A DNA stretch of 64,000 nt from an uncultured Phycisphaerales bacterium (GTDB taxonomy: Bacteria; Planctomycetota; Phycisphaerae; Tepidisphaerales; Tepidisphaeraceae). The translations under genes and the position numbers were made by a program. Under the pieces are notes generated by a model. The model saw only the letters and a list, made by a program, of their open reading frames with translations. It was not told the origin of the DNA and searched no databases. Position 1 is the stretch's first letter. The number at the start of each line of letters is the position of its first letter. Where the stretch lies: assembly GCA_963755915.1 (NCBI GenBank), contig CAVWLP010000002.1, forward strand, positions 4,672,001 through 4,736,000, written 5' to 3'. Shown piece after piece: positions 59,657 to 64,000 of the stretch.

Positions 59657-60436
59657 TCACTGCGGCGCCTGCGTAACCGGCGTCGTCCCGCTGCTGAAAT
59701 CCCACGGATCCAGCTCCGATTCCGCCGCCGCATCCGTCAGAATCAGCTTCGTCTCCACGTGCATATCGAGCATCAGGTAATTCGCCCCGATACTTAGTCC
59801 ATGCCGCACCGCATCCACTTTCCCCGCCGCATAGTCCCCGTAATCCATATAAAAATCCCCCACCGCCGACACCTTCTCCCCCATCAATATCGCATCCGAC
59901 GGCGAACTATGGTTCGGCAGCGGCCTCCCATACAGCTCGTTGAAGTAGGTCATGAACGAATTAAACATATAACTATGCATCCCATTCGGCGCCGGATCCC
60001 TGTCGCTCGGACAGATCATGATCGACGGATTCCACACCCCGAAGACCGGCACCGTCACCGTGTTGTAGGTGTACTGGTTCCACAAATCCGGATAAACCCA
60101 ATTCTCTTCCCCCGCCACCGGCGCCATCGACCCATCATTGGGCGAATGCAGATAGACGGTTGAGTTCCCCCATCCCAGGTTCGGCGGAAAGAGCCACCCG
60201 TCATTCGAATCCGCATAGATCACGATCGCCAACCCAATTTGCCGCATATTGCTCGCGCACTGCACCGCCTCGGATTGCCGGCGGGCCTTGTTGAGCGCCG
60301 GCAGCAGCATCGCGATCAAAACCGCAATAATGCCGATGACAACCAGCAACTCTACAAGCGTGAAGCCCCCTGGCGTACGGCGCCTGCCCCCGATCAAAGA
60401 CCGTTTGCTGCTTCCCACTGCTTTAAAACGGACCAT
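59657..60436 (-). CDS. DUF1559 prepilin-type N-terminal cleavage/methylation protein
   Basis: GFTLVELLVVIGIIAVLIAMLLPAL..AR....C.SN.RQIG, CPSD; C-terminal RH....NYL.LDMHV. Confidence 0.92.
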   Translation of the reverse strand: MVRFKAVGSSKRSLIGGRRRTPGGFTLVELLVVIGIIAVLIAMLLPALNKARRQSEAVQCASNMRQIGLAIVIYADSNDGWLFPPNLGWGNSTVYLHSPNDGSMAPVAGEENWVYPDLWNQYTYNTVTVPVFGVWNPSIMICPSDRDPAPNGMHSYMFNSFMTYFNELYGRPLPNHSSPSDAILMGEKVSAVGDFYMDYGDYAAGKVDAVRHGLSIGANYLMLDMHVETKLILTDAAAESELDPWDFSSGTTPVTQAPQ

Positions 60437-60941
60437 GTCGCCCAATTGTTGCAAAAATCTCCCGTAAATCTGGTCTGTTAATCGCCCGCGCAAACCCGTT
60501 TGTCAAATACTTTGCATTCTCATCCCCTGAAAAAAAAATAATCGCCGGAATTTTCCAAAAATAGGTATAAAACGTGCACCTTTGGACCTGTATATAGAGA
60601 CGTGATGTTTTCTCTACCTCTACTCTCAACTTACTACTCTCTACCCGCTAACCCGGAGGGTTCTCCCCAACTCATCTGAAATCTCAAATTTCAAATCCCT
60701 CTCTTCCCTCGCCCTGAAAATGGGAAATTTTGGGAAATCGACCAGGTCGATCGCTCCATTGCTCTACTGCCTGCTGCTCAACTCTCTCGCAGAGCGCCCC
60801 TCCGTCTCCAACTTGCCATAAATGTGAGATAAAGTGGGATAAACTGGGAGCTCCAAAGTGGGGAATTTTGGGGAAACCGCCCAAATGCCCGCTCTTTCCC
60901 CCGCACGCCCCCCAGCACCCATTGGATATACTGAAGATCCC

Positions 60942-61769
60942 ATGCCCCCCCACCCCGAAATCCCCCCCAGCAGCCGCGCCGAAGCCAACATCCTTCGCTG
61001 GCACAACGGCCGCGTCGAAAAAACCCCCGATGAACTCGTCGTCGAAGAGCCCCTCGAGATTCGCCTCCGCGGCCGCGGCATCAGCGTCACCATGCGCACC
61101 CCCGGTCACGATGACGAGCTCGCCGCCGGCTTCCTCCTCACCGAGGGCGTCGTCACCAATGCCCACGACATGCTGAAAATTAGCGCCTGCGAGCGCAGCG
61201 AAGACGGCAACATCCTCAATGTCCAGCTCGCCCCGGAAGTGCCCGTTGACTTCGAAAAACTCACCCGCCACGTCTTCGCCTCCTCAAGCTGCGGGCTCTG
61301 CGGGAAAACGACCCTCGAAGCAATCTCCCAGCGCTTCGGACCCGTCACCTCCAACGCCCGCTTCTCCGCCGAGACGATTGCATCCCTTCCCGATCGCATG
61401 CGCCAATCGCAATCCGATTTCGACCGCACCGGCGGCCTCCACGCCGCCGCCATCTTCGACCAAGCCGGTCACATGCTCACCCTCCGCGAAGACGTCGGCC
61501 GCCACAACGCCGTCGACAAGGTCCTCGGCTGGGCCCTGCTCAATCGCCGCCTGCCGCTCGATCGCCACATCCTGCTCGTCAGCGGCCGCTCTTCCTTCGA
61601 GATCATGCAGAAATCTCTCGCCGGAGGTTTGCCGGTAATCGCCGCAGTCTCCGCCCCTTCGAGTCTCGCGGTCGATTTCGCCCAGCGAAACAACCAGACC
61701 CTCATCGGCTTCCTGCGCGAAAAACGCATGAACATCTATTCCCATCCCGATCGGATTTCATTTGGCTGA
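60942..61769 (+). CDS. fdhD: Formate dehydrogenase accessory sulfurtransferase
   Basis: EEPLEI, MRTPG, SSCGLCGK, TGGLHAA, EDVGRHNAVDK. Confidence 0.95.
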   Translation: MPPHPEIPPSSRAEANILRWHNGRVEKTPDELVVEEPLEIRLRGRGISVTMRTPGHDDELAAGFLLTEGVVTNAHDMLKISACERSEDGNILNVQLAPEVPVDFEKLTRHVFASSSCGLCGKTTLEAISQRFGPVTSNARFSAETIASLPDRMRQSQSDFDRTGGLHAAAIFDQAGHMLTLREDVGRHNAVDKVLGWALLNRRLPLDRHILLVSGRSSFEIMQKSLAGGLPVIAAVSAPSSLAVDFAQRNNQTLIGFLREKRMNIYSHPDRISFG

Positions 61770-62382
61770 CGACAACACCAAGTATCTGAATTCCATCACC
61801 CTCGCAATCCTCGCCGGCGGCGAAGGATCGCGCATGGGCATCGCCAAAGGAATGCTCAAGATAAAAGGCCGCCCGATCCTTTCGCACATTCTGGCCAACG
61901 CCCAATGGCCCGGCCCCACGCTGCTCGTGACATCACCCGGCCGTCAATCCCCGCCCGGCGCCGAAGAATTTGACGCGGAGGTCGCAGACCCCGTCGCCGG
62001 CCTCGGCCCCATGCGCGGCGTACTGACGGCGCTCGAGAACGCCCAAACCGAAGCTGTCATCGTTTGCGCTGTAGACATGCCCGCCATGAACGGCCAAGTT
62101 TTCCGCTGGATCGCCGAGCAATTGATTCAACGACCCACTGCGCTGGGCATCCTCGTTAAGCGAATCGCAGCCGGTAAAGAAGAGTTCGAGCCCCTCCCCG
62201 CCGCATTTCGGCGCGGCGCACGCGAACTCCTTTCCCAGCGAATCGCTTCAGGAAATCGTTCCCTGTGCGGACTATCCGATTGCCAGGGAATCGAACTCGC
62301 CCGCGCACCGCAACATTGGGACGGCTTCTGGGAAAACTTGAATTATCCAGACGATCTTTCCCGCTGGGAAACCAAAAATTAA
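61762..62382 (+). CDS. mobA: Molybdenum cofactor guanylyltransferase
   Basis: ILAGGEGSRMG..K, GP..G, AVDMP, EPL, NLN.P.D. Confidence 0.9.
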   Translation: MADDNTKYLNSITLAILAGGEGSRMGIAKGMLKIKGRPILSHILANAQWPGPTLLVTSPGRQSPPGAEEFDAEVADPVAGLGPMRGVLTALENAQTEAVIVCAVDMPAMNGQVFRWIAEQLIQRPTALGILVKRIAAGKEEFEPLPAAFRRGARELLSQRIASGNRSLCGLSDCQGIELARAPQHWDGFWENLNYPDDLSRWETKN

Positions 62383-62756
62383 AGGCAACTCTTGTTGGGA
62401 TTCGGATAAAGCTGCTCCCTTGGCTCATCGGAGCTTCCATCCCGGCATTCGAAATCCTTTTCAATCGCGATCTCCAGCGAACCCCCATCCCCCAAAGGCT
62501 GGGAGTGATGCAGCCCCACCGTTTCCGACTTGCTCCACTCGCGGGCCATGCCGGCCGGAACGTCAACCGTGATGGCATTCGAATCCAACACCGCTCGAAT
62601 CGTCTCAAGGCCCGCGCGAGCGTGCAGCGAGCAGGAAAATTCCTGGCTCCTGCCAAATCGCGTGATTTCCCTGATCGACCCGCTGCCTGCAAGCTGCGCC
62701 ACATCCGCGGGACTGAGCCGAAATCTCAAAGTGTTTCGATAAATCCGCAGCTTCAT
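62379..62756 (-). CDS. Hypothetical protein (DUF7009-like)
   Basis: MKLRI..NT.R.RL, W..S..VG, IEKDF.C. Confidence 0.7.
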   Translation of the reverse strand: MKLRIYRNTLRFRLSPADVAQLAGSGSIREITRFGRSQEFSCSLHARAGLETIRAVLDSNAITVDVPAGMAREWSKSETVGLHHSQPLGDGGSLEIAIEKDFECRDGSSDEPREQLYPNPNKSCL

Positions 62757-62860
62757 GTCGCTCCCGCCTGAGCGGCATTATAGCCACTTCCCGGCCCAGG
62801 GTAATCCGTTGCGGCCCCGCATGGCACTGCCCATCCATCCCGCTACAATCGCGCCGCGAT

Positions 62861-64000
62861 ATGGAAGAATCCCCCGCCGCCCGATCTCCCGCCAAACCAT
62901 CCCTCCCCGGCGAACTTTATCAGCGCATCGTCTTCGCCATCGCGATCGTCATCGTCGTCGCCCGCGCCCTCCCCATGCTCACCAAGCCCCGCGGCGACTT
63001 TATGCTCCACTACGGCCTCGGCCAGCGGATCATCAAAAATGAATTCATCTACGGCATCGGGTTCGAACGCGTCTACCCGCCCCTCTGGGCCATGTTTCAC
63101 GCCCCCGCCACCCTGCTTCCAATGCAGCTCGCCGAAATCCTGATCTATCCCCTCGGCGTCGCCGCGATGGTCGCCCTCGTGATCCTTCTGAAACGCCTCG
63201 CCGACCGTCACTGGCCCCTGACCCACGACGCGGTATTCTGGAGCACCGCCCTGGCCATCCTCTTCGCCGCGCCATTCCTCCATCGCGATCTGGTTGAACT
63301 AGGCGTCAACTCCTTCCTCGTTCTCCTCACCTGGCTCGCCATCTACTTCTGGATCGCCAAGCGCGACATCCTCGGCGGTGTCCTCCTCGGCCTTGCCACC
63401 GCTCTGAAATGCACCCCCATCGCGTTCATCGCCTACTTCTTCTGGAAACGCCAGTGGAAAATCGCCGCCGCCTCAACCCTCTTCACCGTCCTCTTCACCC
63501 TCCTCCCCATCACGATGATGGGCCCAACAAACTACTGGCACACGGAAAAGTATTGGGCAACCCAGCTCTGGCTAGGCGTATCCAATCCCGACCCCTCCCA
63601 AACCGTCCTCGGCCCCGACCGCAGCGGAAATCTCTCTCTGCACACCGCCCTGGCCCGCTACCTCATTCACCTCCCCTACGGCAGCCCGGCCCGCCCTGAA
63701 ACCCCGGTCGACACGCTCATCCCCAATCGCCCTCCCGAGCCTCTCTATTTCGACGTCCTCACGCTCCATCCCGCAGTCGCCGGAAAAATCATCAAGCTGA
63801 TCCTGCTCCTGATCGCCGCCGCCACAGCATGGATTTTCCGCGGTCGCGTGAAAGATCGAAACGACGCAGAAATCCTCTGGGAATGCGCCGCCCTCTCCGT
63901 CGCCCTGCTCCTCTATTCCCCCCTCACCTGGGCCCAGCACTGCCCGGCGGTCCTCCCCGCATTTTATTTCATCTTCCGCGCCGCCTTCACAGGAATCCGC
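62861..64000 (+). CDS. GT87/DUF2029 membrane glycosyltransferase (GT-C); runs off window
   Basis: Manual translation MEESPAARSP...RGDF...YPP...LGLATALK.TP...LLYSPLTW..H; many TMs. Confidence 0.85.
   Translation, partial: MEESPAARSPAKPSLPGELYQRIVFAIAIVIVVARALPMLTKPRGDFMLHYGLGQRIIKNEFIYGIGFERVYPPLWAMFHAPATLLPMQLAEILIYPLGVAAMVALVILLKRLADRHWPLTHDAVFWSTALAILFAAPFLHRDLVELGVNSFLVLLTWLAIYFWIAKRDILGGVLLGLATALKCTPIAFIAYFFWKRQWKIAAASTLFTVLFTLLPITMMGPTNYWHTEKYWATQLWLGVSNPDPSQTVLGPDRSGNLSLHTALARYLIHLPYGSPARPETPVDTLIPNRPPEPLYFDVLTLHPAVAGKIIKLILLLIAAATAWIFRGRVKDRNDAEILWECAALSVALLLYSPLTWAQHCPAVLPAFYFIFRAAFTGIR

Noticed and set aside
60600-60900. CRISPR or mini-array
   Set aside because: Repeat units are only 5-10 bp, with no repeat-spacer architecture and no cas genes.

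Overview
GC-rich bacterial chromosomal segment, most likely from a planctomycete (Phycisphaerae-like). The assignment rests on a DUF1559 prepilin-like protein, an ECF-sigma/Ser-Thr-kinase pair, an ECF-TM-TPR fusion, a PEP-CTERM protein and a CxxCGYDL..CPECG membrane protein. The window has about 55 protein genes, tRNA-Ala(GGC), tRNA-Ile(GAT) and a degenerate tRNA-Pro 3' fragment. No integrase, transposase, CRISPR array or rRNA was seen. About 19 genes or gene segments are split by 1-2 nt frameshifts, which looks like uncorrected long-read error. The most notable locus is a tightly packed 13.8-kb nine-gene operon (9798-23579, minus strand) with two tandem trans-envelope signalling chains. One runs TonB-dependent receptor / YfiR / hybrid kinase / REC-PAS-GAF-GGDEF-EAL. 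The other runs porin / type-1-copper protein / hybrid kinase / Hpt / REC-HD-GYP. Together they may form a push-pull c-di-GMP circuit. Non-coding highlights are a 65-bp element present twice about 25 kb apart (51/65 identical), MraZ-box-like 10-bp-periodic repeats away from any dcw gene, a REP-like palindrome inserted in frame in a kinase, a MazF that appears to start at CTG, and several apparently leaderless genes. All family calls come from motif recognition by eye; no database searches were run.
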